From Vicugna vicugna (taxonomy: Eukaryota), in contig MU061560.1 in NCBI GenBank assembly GCA_013265495.1, positions 186,001-250,000 on the forward strand: a DNA stretch of 64,000 bases, in the 5' to 3' direction. Position numbers and translations under genes: made by a program. The notes below the pieces were generated by a model. It was not told where the DNA came from, searched no databases, and worked only from the letters and a program-made list of their open reading frames with translations. Of the stretch, positions 1 to 10,865 are shown one piece after another. The stretch's first letter is position 1, and each line of letters opens with the position of its first letter.

Positions 1-437
1 TTTCTGAGGACTCAAACCCCTTCCAGCCCAGGATGACAGCCTCTCAGAGGCTCTGAGGGGCTGCTCCTAAGAGGTAGGGGAGGAGCCAGGATATATAGGA
101 GCTTTACAACACAGACCAGGTAGTGGGAACAATAAAAGATTCCTTGTTATCTAAAGAAAACCAGGCATCTCACGTTAAAGAATTTATTGCTTTTCTCTGT
201 ATGGGAGGGAGCAAACATTTGGGCTCATTGAATTCATTCCTTTGACAAGCTCCTAGCTACCTAGGGCCAGTGTCCTGTCCTTTCTCATTCTGAGTCCACT
301 CAGGGTGCACCACTGTGAGCGGCTGCAGAGGCCGGGCTGCAGGCCTGTCCTCACTGGGGGGTGGGGCAGCTGCTGATGTCTTGATGGCTTCAGCATTCCT
401 TGTTTACTGGTAAGTTTTGCAGTATTTTTCATTCACG
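1..437 (-). mobile_element. ERV1-class LTR family A, 3' LTR (runs off window start)
   Basis: Reverse complement of the copies at 625-1097 and 8371-8857; preceded on the minus strand by a purine tract (CAAGGGGGAGCAC). Confidence 0.85.
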
Positions 438-624
438 GTGCTCCCCCTTGATTCTAAATTTGACCAATATTTTGGGAGACATTTCATGACCAATTTTGTC
501 CCACGGCGCTAGGAAGGCTCATTCCTAGATCAGGCAGAAGATTCTGTCGCCATGCCGCTCAAAAGTGTTCACAGGGATCAGTTAATACTCAAAAATTCTC
601 TTGATCGTTTGTCTTACTAGTCTA

Positions 625-1097
625 TGTGAACAAAAATACTGCAACCACATCAATAAACAAAGAATGCTGAAACCCAGTCATCAGCGGCTGCCCCACCCTC
701 CAGTGAGGACAGACCTGCAGCCCGGCCTCTGCAGCCACTCACAATGGTGCCCTCTGAGGGGACGCAGAATAAGAAAGGACAGGACACTGGCTCTAGATAG
801 CTAGGTGCTTGTCAAAGGAATGAATTCAATGAACCCAAATGTTTGCTTCCTCCCATGCATAGAAAAGCACTAAATTCTTTAACGTGAGATGCCTGGCTTT
901 CTTTAGATAACAAGGAATCTTTTATTGTTCCAACTACCTGGTCTGTGTTGTAAAGCTCCTATATATCCTGGCTCCTCTCCTGCCTCTTCGGAGCAGTCCC
1001 TCAGAGCCATCTGAGAGGCTGTCATCCCCGCTCGAGTCCTCTTGCCAAGGAAAACATACCTCTCAAGTTTTAGGCTGTGCATTTATTTTAGTTGACA
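625..1097 (+). mobile_element. Solo LTR family A (ERV1-class)
   Basis: TGTGAAC...GACA termini, 4-bp TSD TCTA (621-624 / 1098-1101), TATA-like tatatat. Confidence 0.9.
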
Positions 1098-1274
1098 TCT
1101 ATCATGATCCAGGAAAATGTTCCGTCTTGTTGCTTCTGCCCATGTTAGTTCATTCTCTTGCTATATTTATTATGGTAGCCACACCAGGGTGATGGAATCA
1201 CAGTTTCTTTATTCACTATCTCAGAAGATAAAGTGTGTCTTTCTCCAGGATTGCATAGCTTTCATAGAGTTTGT

Positions 1275-1407
1275 ATTGTTTGTTTTCTGAAGGGGAGGTG
1301 ATTGGGTTTCTTCATTAATTGCCACTTGGAGAAGGTACCGGGGATCGAACCCGGGACCTCTTGCGTGCTGAGCACACGCACTACCACTTGAGCTATACCC
1401 TCTCCCC
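1275..1407 (-). mobile_element. tRNA-derived SINE (Vic-1-like)
   Basis: A/B-box tRNA head; TSD tcatagagttt. Confidence 0.85.
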
Positions 1408-1686
1408 TCATAGAGTTTACTCTGAAGTTACTTGAAACTGAGTCATGCTATTCTTATTAACATCATCTTAACCAGGAATTTTGTGCTTATAAGAAAGCTA
1501 GTCTTGATATCTAACTAGAAATACTCAACAGAACACAGCGAAGTAAGAAACAAACTTTTAAGGGGTAAAAGGAACACAAGTAATAATAATTGTAGCACAT
1601 TTCAGCACAGATATCAGATTTAGTGTTGAACTAAAATCATATTATTTGAACATGAATCCCCCTGGGTTATTAGGCCTAATGAATAA

Positions 1687-2142
1687 TGTCAATTTTAAAA
1701 AACATCAATCTAAGAAAGAAATGGAAATTTTTATTTTAAGCCGGGAGAAGCCTCCCTGACAGCCCTGAGCGCTGTCCCAAAGAGATGGGGTGAGGTGGGG
1801 GGTCGGTACACAGGCGATTTTGGTGAAGGGGTCTGTGCAGGCAAGCACACATCTAGGTGGAAGGTTGCTTGCTAGTCACTCAGAACAGGCACCTTGGTTA
1901 ATGGTTTTAAGTGCTTTTCTAAGTATGGGAAGATGCAAGAATCCAAGTTTTATTTAAAAATTTCTCCCGAAATATTTCTAACTACTTAAGGGCCTGTTCT
2001 GCCTGCTTTCCCAGAGCACAGAGCGCCTCGTCCCGATCTCCGCCCAGAATTCCTTCCGGGGTGTGTCGTGGGGCAGCGACTGCAGTGGCTCATGACTGAA
2101 TGCTTGTAGAACTGGATGGTGGGCAACGTTCTTCGTTTTACA
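1687..2142 (-). mobile_element. LTR related to family A
   Basis: TG..CA termini on the minus strand, AATAAA near 1729-1735, shared motifs with family A, adjacent PPT and internal sequence. Confidence 0.7.
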
Positions 2143-2939
2143 CTCTCTTCCCTTTGGGTCTTAATTTTGACCAAGTTGGGAGGCATTTCATGATCAGTTT
2201 GTCCCACGGTGCTAGGAATGCTTGTTCCCAGGTCAGGCGAGGATTTCGTTGCTAGGCGACTCCATGTGCTATCACAGGACTAGACTCTGCTAACAGTAGC
2301 CAAAAGCCGCTGGACCGCCCGTCTTACTGGTCTGTTATGGTCCAGGAAATGGTTCCCTTTTATTGCTGCTTCCCATCTCTAGCATGACACGCTCACAATC
2401 ACTAATTTTCTAGAACTATATATTTGATAAACCATTTCAGTCACACATTTGGCAATGCAAGAAACAGAGACTCACAAAATAGGTAGAATACAAGTAATGT
2501 GGCTAGTTACATCTGTAAGGTCACAAGTAAGTATTTAAGCTAAAAACTTCTGTTAGTTGCTGCGTAGTATCTCCGCAGGTTATCTGACCAGGCTGCTCTG
2601 CACCAGCCATTATCTGTAAGGGAAGTGATGCATTGGCACTTTTCATAAAGTTCAGCCAAGACGTCTGCACAGACAACGTCAAAGATGGGTCCTTATGACC
2701 CCTTACAGGATTGAGAAAGGAATGTTATCTTCCAAAGAGTTACCTGGCTGGCGCCAGAAAAAAAGTTTGATCTTTACGGTTGAGCAGGTACTTCTGCCTT
2801 TGAGGAGGTCTGGTTAACATATAGTGTAGGTGCATGCTTCACGCTAGAGCAGAGGGAGGAGGCCCAAAGGGCAGAGAAGAACGTCATGCTTCAGTTTTTC
2901 TTGTCTTGCCTTAAAATGTGAATTTTTGTTTCATCAACA
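2143..2939 (-). mobile_element. ERV internal/LTR remnant
   Basis: PPT (GGGAAGAGAG) next to the LTR; similarity to 438-1140. Confidence 0.55.
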
Positions 2940-2952
2940 AGTAACTCTTTTA

Positions 2953-3100
2953 GAGGGGAGGGTATAGCTCAGTGACAGCGCATGCCTAGCATGAACGAAG
3001 TCCCGGGTTCAACCCCCAGTACCTCCATCAAAAAGTTTTAAAAAACAGTAAATAAGTAAACCTAATTATCTCCCCCTACAAAAAAAGTAATAATAATAAT
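2953..3100 (+). mobile_element. tRNA-derived SINE (Vic-1-like)
   Basis: ggggagggtatagctcagtg...gggttcaacccccagtacctcc; TSD aagtaac(t/c)ctttt. Confidence 0.88.
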
Positions 3101-3589
3101 AAGTAACCCTTTTAAAATCTTAGCTCTGTTGCTTTTAGCCATTTTTTTGCAAAGGAGTTTGTGTTTTGCTGTTTGCTTATCCATTTGGTTTATTTTGCTA
3201 AAGACTTCTGTTTGTACAACAGGTCTCACTACTTTCAGAGCATCACACAGATAAAATGTTCCATTGTTTCTTTCATAAGACTTTCATGCTATTTTTGGTA
3301 AGCCCAGGGCTGAAGTTGTCTCCAGAACCAGGTCCGTTGCCTGCGCCCTAATACCTGGTCATTACTGTGAAAAATGATCTCTTCCCTAATGGTTCTCATT
3401 TCTGTAAGTTTGTATGTCAGCAGAGGAGTCTTCATTTAAATGATTAATATGTAGTAACGAACAGTAAACGACGGAGGTAAAAGTGAGGAAAGAGGAGAAG
3501 GCAGATCATTGAGAAGAAAGAAACTCATAAAAGTCTGGATAATAAGACTGATGGAACAGGCACTAGTTGAGGACTGGTTTCGCCTAGAG

Positions 3590-3917
3590 CAGGGGTTGGC
3601 AAACTGTGCGTGGTTGGCCAAATCTGGCCTAATGCCTAATCTGGTTCAGCCCATGAACCAGGAGTGATTTTTATGGTTTTAAATGATTGAGGAAAAAAAA
3701 TCTATTTTGTAACATGTGAAAATTATTTAAAAATTCAAATTTCAGTGTCCATAAATAAAGTTTTATTGGGACACAGCTGTTCTGTTTGTGTAAGCATTGT
3801 CTGTGGCTGGTTTCACACTATAACGGCCAAGTTGAGCAATTTGAGAGAGATAAATGGTCTGCAAAACCTAAAATATTTACTACTTGCTTTTTTATAGCAA
3901 AAGTCTGTTGACCCCTG
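3590..3917 (+). mobile_element. hAT-Charlie MITE, MER58B-like
   Basis: TIRs CAGGGGTTGGCAAAC...GTTGACCCCTG; 8-bp degenerate TSD gcCTAGAg / gaCTAGAt. Confidence 0.85.
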
Positions 3918-3979
3918 GACTAGATTTCTGAATTTATTTTTTTCCTTCATCTTTTTAAAAAAAATTTAGATTATGGTCA

Positions 3980-4240
3980 TTCTTTTTTTTTTTTTAATTG
4001 AAGTATAGTTGATTTACAATGCTGTGTCAGTTTCAGGCATACAGCAAAGTGATTCAGTTCTATATATATAACTGAATATATATGTATACTATTTTTCAGA
4101 TTCTTTTCCATTATACATCATTACAAGAAGTTGAATATAGTTCCCTCTGCTATACAGTAGGTCCTTGTTGTTTATCTATTTTATACATCTTAGTGTGTGT
4201 GTCTTTTAATCCCAGATTCCTAGTTTATCCCTCCCCAACC
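3980..4240 (-). mobile_element. L1 3'-UTR fragment
   Basis: Poly-T followed by aattgaagtatagttgatttacaat, the artiodactyl-type L1 tail. Confidence 0.8.
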
Positions 4241-6007
4241 TGAATTTAAATTTTGATACTTCTTTTTTCCTCACTTCTCCTTCCCCACATTCCTCCTTTT
4301 CTAAGCACTTCTTGGAAGCCCCAGTCTGAGCTCAGAAGGGGCAATCTGGTTAAACTGCGGGTCTTGGTTTATACCCAAGTCCGAAGCAGAAGACTCTCCA
4401 AGAGGGCAGAGAACTTGATAGAAGACAAACCTGGGTTTGGATTCTGGCTCTGTTAGTCGTATATCTTTATTTAATAAGCATCAGTTTTGTCATCTGTAAA
4501 ACAGTAAAATACATCATAGATGTGCACTGTGTAGTCAAAAAAAATTGAATATGTGAAGTATCTGATACATACTATCTTCTCAGTAAACACTAAGTTCCTT
4601 TCCATTTCCCTAAGGAGCAGTGCTCTATGCTTGTGGTTGTTTGCCTAAACTTGTAGAGATGGTCTGGGAACAAAGCGCTGCTAACACGGAGTAGTTTTTC
4701 CCTCTGGTTCCTCTCCTGATAGGATGATTATAGCAACCATCCCTGGCTCCAGTGGACTTCCTCTCAACACTGTTTTAGGGCACCTTCAGCCTAGGGTTGG
4801 CGAACGCTACCTTGCAAAGTAATGTTGTGGCTGACATAGAGAATCCGTGCTTAAAATGACTTTTCATTCTCTTACTGAAGTTTATCAACTTTGTTTTCAT
4901 ATCCATTTGGCTCTTTAAAAAAATAATAAATAATGTATGCCTAAATTTCCACTTGTAATGAATCTCACTATCCTATAATATTTCTTTTCTTGTGGAGATC
5001 CCTAATGAGATCCTGGCCAATCTCTACATATCTTTTTTTTTTTTTTTTTACCAAAATGCTCTTAAATTCTTTGATCATATGTTCTTAAAGATATACTGCA
5101 AACACTAAGCAATTTGCTGTGTTTTTAAATGTTACTCTTTTTTTGCTATGCAAAATCTACGTATTCATGAAAGTTCTCACTGTTAAAATCCTTCCATGAT
5201 TATTGTTATATCTCAACTGTTTGGGTTCTGGATAGAAGCCACAGCGATGACGCAGTTCATTCCATGAACACTGAGTCTATTTTGCTAAAATAGACAACAG
5301 CTGAGCCATATTTATGTCATAATCTAATGAACCGACAGTGTATAAAATAACATTGTAAATTTAGTTCCCTTTTTTGAGAAGGACATTTACTTAAAATACA
5401 GTTTCCTTTTATGCCTATCTAAAACAGGCTCTGTAGGATTGTTATATGCACAGTTTTTCATACTTGATGTCTAGAGGTAAATATTAAGATTTCTACCAGT
5501 TTAGTTTGTTTTTTTTTTTTCTGAATAGACTCGGTCCTGGTGTCAAGTCTAGGCTTTGACGATTAAGATGAGCCTTACTTTTTTCATTATTTGTAAAGTG
5601 GGAATAAATTTCACTCCACATTTCTAATGCCGGGTTCATGTTTGCATAAAGCGTGTACTTATCAGCAAGCAGGCACACAATGGCTTATACGGTCCCTTCT
5701 GCTTGGTTAGCTGACGCCCCAGTCTGTTTCCTCAGGTGCCGAAGCACATCCTGATACAATGGTGTCTGTAGCCTGGGAGCAGGACGTGGGAGCTGTCCTC
5801 GGGCAATGCATCCTCTGAATCAACGGCTGGACGTAGGGGGCTTAGGGGTCAAGAGCAGGGTGCTGTCCATCCCTTAGGTGCAGATTCCAGAACATCTTAG
5901 ATTCTTACACTCTGTTCCAGCCAAGAGTGAATAAAGCATTTTAGCCAATCCACGTATCTTGATTGCCACCAATTTCACCAACGAGAACTCTTCTAACAGA
6001 GGATGCT

Positions 6008-6147
6008 AATTTTTTTTGGGGGGGGTGAGGGTAGGTAATTAGGTTTATTTATTTAGTTGGTTATTTTAATTGAGGTACTGGGGACTGAACCCAGGATCTC
6101 ATGCATGCTAAACACACGCATGCTAACCGCTGAGCTATACCCGCCTC
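6008..6147 (-). mobile_element. tRNA-derived SINE (Vic-1-like)
   Basis: Same consensus; TSD agaggatgct. Confidence 0.85.
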
Positions 6148-6353
6148 AGAGGATGCTGAATGACAGTCTCCTGCTTATTAAAGGTAAAGCTCTTGCAGGG
6201 TGCGTTGTCTGATTAGCATGTTGGCCGGCCCCCTGAGGGATTGGGGGAGTTACTAAGAAGGGCATCTGACCTGCCTCTGTCTCCTCATATGCTATAGTGC
6301 ATCCAGCATCTGCGAATGGCTGGTTCAGTGCCTTTGCAGCCTCAATTATAAAA

Positions 6354-7594
6354 GTTAAAGAGTTCGGTACATGCCATCCCAAAATATGCCACTTTGGGGT
6401 ATTGGTTGTTTTTTTTTTTTTTTTTTGAGCTGAAGGCACTTGAAAAACAGAAAAATGTCAGAAGACGCTTTCTTTGAACCCCCCTTATCTGCCTCCCAAG
6501 GAATCCAGCTAGCCTAGGTGCCCTCCTCTTGGCTTCATCAGCCAGGAAGGACTGACTCTTATCACAGGAGCGGAGACCAGAAGATGACATCACACCCAGA
6601 CATTCTTTGTCACAAGTTATCACATCTCCCATCTATTCTGCTAAGGCCCATTCATCTTTCCTGAAGCTCACTCACTCTTTCCTTAGTGGCTGCATCCTCT
6701 TCCCCTCACCCTGTTGGATACAACTGGTTTTCCAGGTTCTTGTCCCGTCCCAGAAAGAATTCAGAGACAAGACATAGAGGTTAAGAAAAGTAAAGTGAGG
6801 CTCTACTAAAGGATGGACAGTACACTCTCAAGGGGACAGCGGGCAGGCTCAGGTGGGCGGCTGCCCTGAGTTTCTTTGGCAAGTTGGTTACACAGGGTGT
6901 AGAAATGAATAGGCGGAATATTCATTGGGAAGGGAAGGGTTTGGGGTCATATTCCCTGATTATCATCCCAACTCCACCTTCCCAAAGGGAGGAGGCATTT
7001 TTGTCTTTATTTAGTCTGGATCTGAAGGGTCATGGCATCGGTGCATGATGGGTACTTCTGATCTGCAAGGCTAATTTTATTGAAATGAGGGCATAATGAG
7101 CAAAAGCTTACATTTGAACACTGGAAATTCCTGCCTTTTCTGACCTTTTTTTGTTGATTCTGACCTTGTTGGTCTCCAGGCCAAAAGGTGTGGCCCCTTA
7201 TCAGCCCAAAGGTTCCTGCTTTTCTCTCTCTGCCCAGGGACCCCGGTGCTTCCATGATGTATGTTTTCCTGCGCTTGGCTTGTGCCCCTCCTTTCTGCCC
7301 AATCCCTGCCATTTGACCTGTGTCCGCCTTTCTCTGCTCATATGTAGCTCTCTGCTTGCTCTAGCATAATGACTGTCTATAAGCTCTCAGATCTCGCAGC
7401 TTTTTTGGGTATTCTCTTTTTACCCCCAGGTGATTCCTCACATCTATAATATTAAAAATTAATAAATTTGACAAAATAAAAAAATTAATAAGTTTGTGTG
7501 CCTTTTCTCCCGTCAACCTGCCTGTTGCCAGTTCACTTTACAGACCCAGTTATCGTGCCTAAAAGGGTAGAGGGAAAGCCTTTCTTCCCTTACA
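6354..7594 (+). mobile_element. MER34/MER39-like LTR split by a younger LTR
   Basis: Start ...gagttcggtacatgccatcccaaaatatgccactttgg and end gggtagagggaaagcctttcttcccttaca resemble MER34-group LTR termini. Confidence 0.7.
6712..7366 (-). mobile_element. Solo LTR family B nested in the MER34-like LTR
   Basis: Reverse-complement match to 13352-13965; TG..CA termini. Confidence 0.85.
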
Positions 7595-8147
7595 GAGGCC
7601 CGTAGGCCTTTACATGCCCACGTACAGAAGAGAAACACAATCATGGTTTTCCTATTTTCGTACATATTTGAACTCTCCAATGAAGAAAAAGTATAAAATT
7701 TATAAACAATTCTATCTGTTAATGTATTATTTGATCTCCAATTATGTTCTTCTTTTTTCCTTTGCTTTCAATGCTTGAATGTGTTCCTTATTATATATAG
7801 TACGTTGTAAATTGAACAATTTAGGATTTACTAAATTCTGCCTGCCTGCCCTCAATCTTTTATCATTTTTTCTCAGGCCAGCTAGTGGTCATAGTTCAGC
7901 TTCCCACTATAGGCTTGCTTGGATATCATTAATGTAACTGTCGTCTCATGGGCTCCTCTAACCCAAATTATTGTGTTCCACCTTTTTCCAAGAATGACAG
8001 CACTTGGGGGAGTGGGGGGGTACGGGTTAGTGGGTGTAGGGCAGGCCTATTATACAACACGGGTAATAATTGTAAAGGAAAGTAACCTTTAGAGTTGTGT
8101 AAAAAATCAAAGTATAACTTTTTTTGTTAATTACAGCATTTTGTACA

Positions 8148-8253
8148 CTTTTTTGGGGGAGTAATTAGGTTTTTATTAATTTTTTTTTTAATGGAGATAC
8201 TGGGGATTGAACCCAGGATCTTGTACTCTTACCACTTAGCTGTACCCTCCCCT
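8148..8253 (-). mobile_element. tRNA-derived SINE (Vic-1-like, internal deletion)
   Basis: Same consensus. Confidence 0.8.
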
Positions 8254-8370
8254 CTTGTACAGGTCTTAAAGGTGATCAATTTTGTCCTCCCAAATGAGCA
8301 AACTGTAGGAGCCCAAGTTGTGAACTGGTGAGCTCAATGAAGACATAATTAAAATAATTCCCTTTGGTCT

Positions 8371-8857
8371 GGTGAACGAAAAATACTGCAAGCCATATCA
8401 GTAAAAAAAAGAATGCTGAAGCCATCAAGTCATCAGTGGCTGCCCCACCCCCTAGTGGGGACAGGCCTGCAGCCCAGCCTCTGCAGCCACTCACAGTGGT
8501 GCACTCCTAGGGGGCTCAGAATGAGAAAGGACAGGACACTGGCCCTAGGTAGCTAGGTGCTTGTCAAAGGAATGAATTCAATGAGCCCAAATGTTTGCTT
8601 CCTCCCATGCATAGAAAAGCACTAAATTCTTCAGCTTGAGATGCCTGGTTTTCTTTAGATAACAAGGAATCTTTTATTGTTCCAACTACCTGGTCTTTGT
8701 TGTAAAGCTCCTATATATCCTGGCTCCTCCCCTACCTCTTCGGAGCAGCCCCTCAGAGCCATCTGAGAGGCTGTCATCCCTGGCTGAGACCCCAGAACTG
8801 TCCGCCGAATAAAACATTATTCTCAACTTTGAGGCTGTGCGTTTACTTCGGTCGACA
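8371..8857 (+). mobile_element. Solo LTR family A (ERV1-class)
   Basis: Close match to 625-1097; 4-bp TSD GTCT (8367-8370 / 8858-8861); TATA ~8712, AATAAA 8808-8813. Confidence 0.9.
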
Positions 8858-9509
8858 GTCTCTAATGTGTTCACTTAGAGATCAGTGGTATCTGTGATGC
8901 TTAGTTTTTGCTATCCACCCAAAAGAGTCAAGTATGCACCGGCCCAACAGGATGAAGTAAACAGCTGTGCATATGGTTTGGTGGGTTAATAATGGAGCCC
9001 TCAGTCAACACCTTTTATTACAGGCTGTGGGTATGTTTGGAACAATTGCTGAGAGAGAATTATTTTTAGGGTAAAAGGACAAAATAGTGTGGTCTGGTAC
9101 AGAGGCCCTCCTGGGGACTAGGATTTCTTTTGTTCACCTCCCTCGTTCTCCACTAGGAGTCCTTCTTGGCCCGACCGCGCTCTGGTGGAGGGACAAGCGC
9201 TCAGAGCGCCTCTACCTCGCCTGTTCCCAGCCACACCTGGAAGGTGTCCTGGAGAATGCTTTCCATGGAGTACGACGGGTCCCCAAAGCATCAGTCCTGC
9301 CTGAGCCACATGTGAGATGGAGCCAACCTCACTCATTCATCTCATTTGAATTCTACCTGTCACATTCAGACTAGCAATCAAAAGGATTGGGGATTTCTTT
9401 ATTTTGGGGAATGAATGATTGAATTTCTGATCCTGAAGTGAAAAAAAATGGGCTTTAAAAAGTTAATTTGATGTATTGTGATATGAGCTATGTCCTCCAT
9501 CCCCGTCCC

Positions 9510-10171
9510 TAGTTGTGAGACAGGAAGGGGCAGGGCACAGCCATTTAAGGAATAACACAGCGATTAACAACACCAGGATGGCTGGAGATTCAACCCCCAG
9601 GAGGCCTTGAGGCTCAAGATGGTGGGAGGTTTGACTTCTTTGAGCTTCATTATATGCTCACTGTAATGTAGTAGCATGGTTAGTAACACGCCCACAGGCG
9701 CCATGGCAGTCCCAAGGCTGGCCACAAAAGTTCAAAGAGTCAAAAATGGCCAACTTCCCGGGAATCCCAGCCCCTCCCCCAGGGTTGTTAGACTGGTCCT
9801 TCCACTTGTTGGCATATGAAGCCACTGAGCCCATAAAAACTGGCAACATGGAGCCTCGTGGCTGCGTCTCTCTCCCTCCCTCCTCTTCAGAGACGGCCCG
9901 CACTCTGTCTGTGGAGTGTGTACCTACTTTCACTCTAATCTGAGCACCCAACCCTCACACCTCGTGGCCTTTCCTCTTACCTTTTTAAACAGCCTACGCT
10001 CTATACGGTGTGTATCTCTCTAAATAAATCTACCTTTACTCAACTGTGGCTTGCTCTTGAATTCTCTCCTGTGTGAAGCCAAGGACCCACACTTGGTGGG
10101 GCACATCCCACGGACTTGACTGAGACCTGGGACACAGGCGTCCTCTCACCCCACGTTCCTTTCCTGCATCA
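9510..10171 (+). mobile_element. Solo LTR family C
   Basis: Ends CCTGCATCA; TSD GTCCC (9505-9509 / 10172-10176); CATAAAA ~9830, AATAAA ~10023. Confidence 0.8.
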
Positions 10172-10659
10172 GTCCCTATCCACATATTTCAACTAGGTGT
10201 CCTTTCTTGCGGTCCCACAAGTTCAGCTTCGTTATATGTTTCCATAGTTTGGAAAGCTTGTGTCACATGCCCTCACTACCTCGTGTTTCATGTAGCAATG
10301 GCTTCAGTGGTTCATTTCAATTTTCAGTTGTACGAACTGCTTCAGGAGTGACGTTTGGAAACATGAATAAAAATCGTCAATGATATTTCACTTGACTCAT
10401 TCTGCATTGCTTAAACCCTAAAATTTTGTAATTTGTGGTTATTTAAGTTACAGGGTTTTCGGTTTTGTTTTTTTTTTTAAACAATCCAGGTTTCTACCTT
10501 TTCACTGGGGTCTCTTGCTCTGTCCTTGGTCTTACTGAGCAGGCAAAGCTTAAATCAGAAAAATTGTCAAAACTAGTTAAAAACAAAAAGGCTCCCAAGT
10601 CTCCCAATGCAACGGGAAAATCTGGTTATGTCTCAGGATGTGTCCACTGACCAAAAATA

Positions 10660-10865
10660 TTAATCGTTGATGTACTATATGTAAAATAGATAAACAAGTT
10701 TATACTGTACAGCACAGGGAACTATATTCAACACCCTGTAGTAACCTATAATGAAAAAGAATATGAAAAGGAATATAGGTGTGTTCATGTATGACTGAAG
10801 CATTGTGCTGTGCACCAGAAATGGACACAACATTGTAAACTGACTATACTTCAATTAAAAAAAAA
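10660..10865 (+). mobile_element. L1 3'-end fragment
   Basis: aaaatagataaacaag...actatacttcaattaaaaaaa tail. Confidence 0.8.

Larger units (their letters stand above)
438..1686 (-). mobile_element. ERV internal 3' region, interrupted by a solo LTR and a SINE
   Basis: Homologous to 2143-2380 once the 625-1097 insertion is removed; PPT adjacent to the LTR. Confidence 0.65.
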
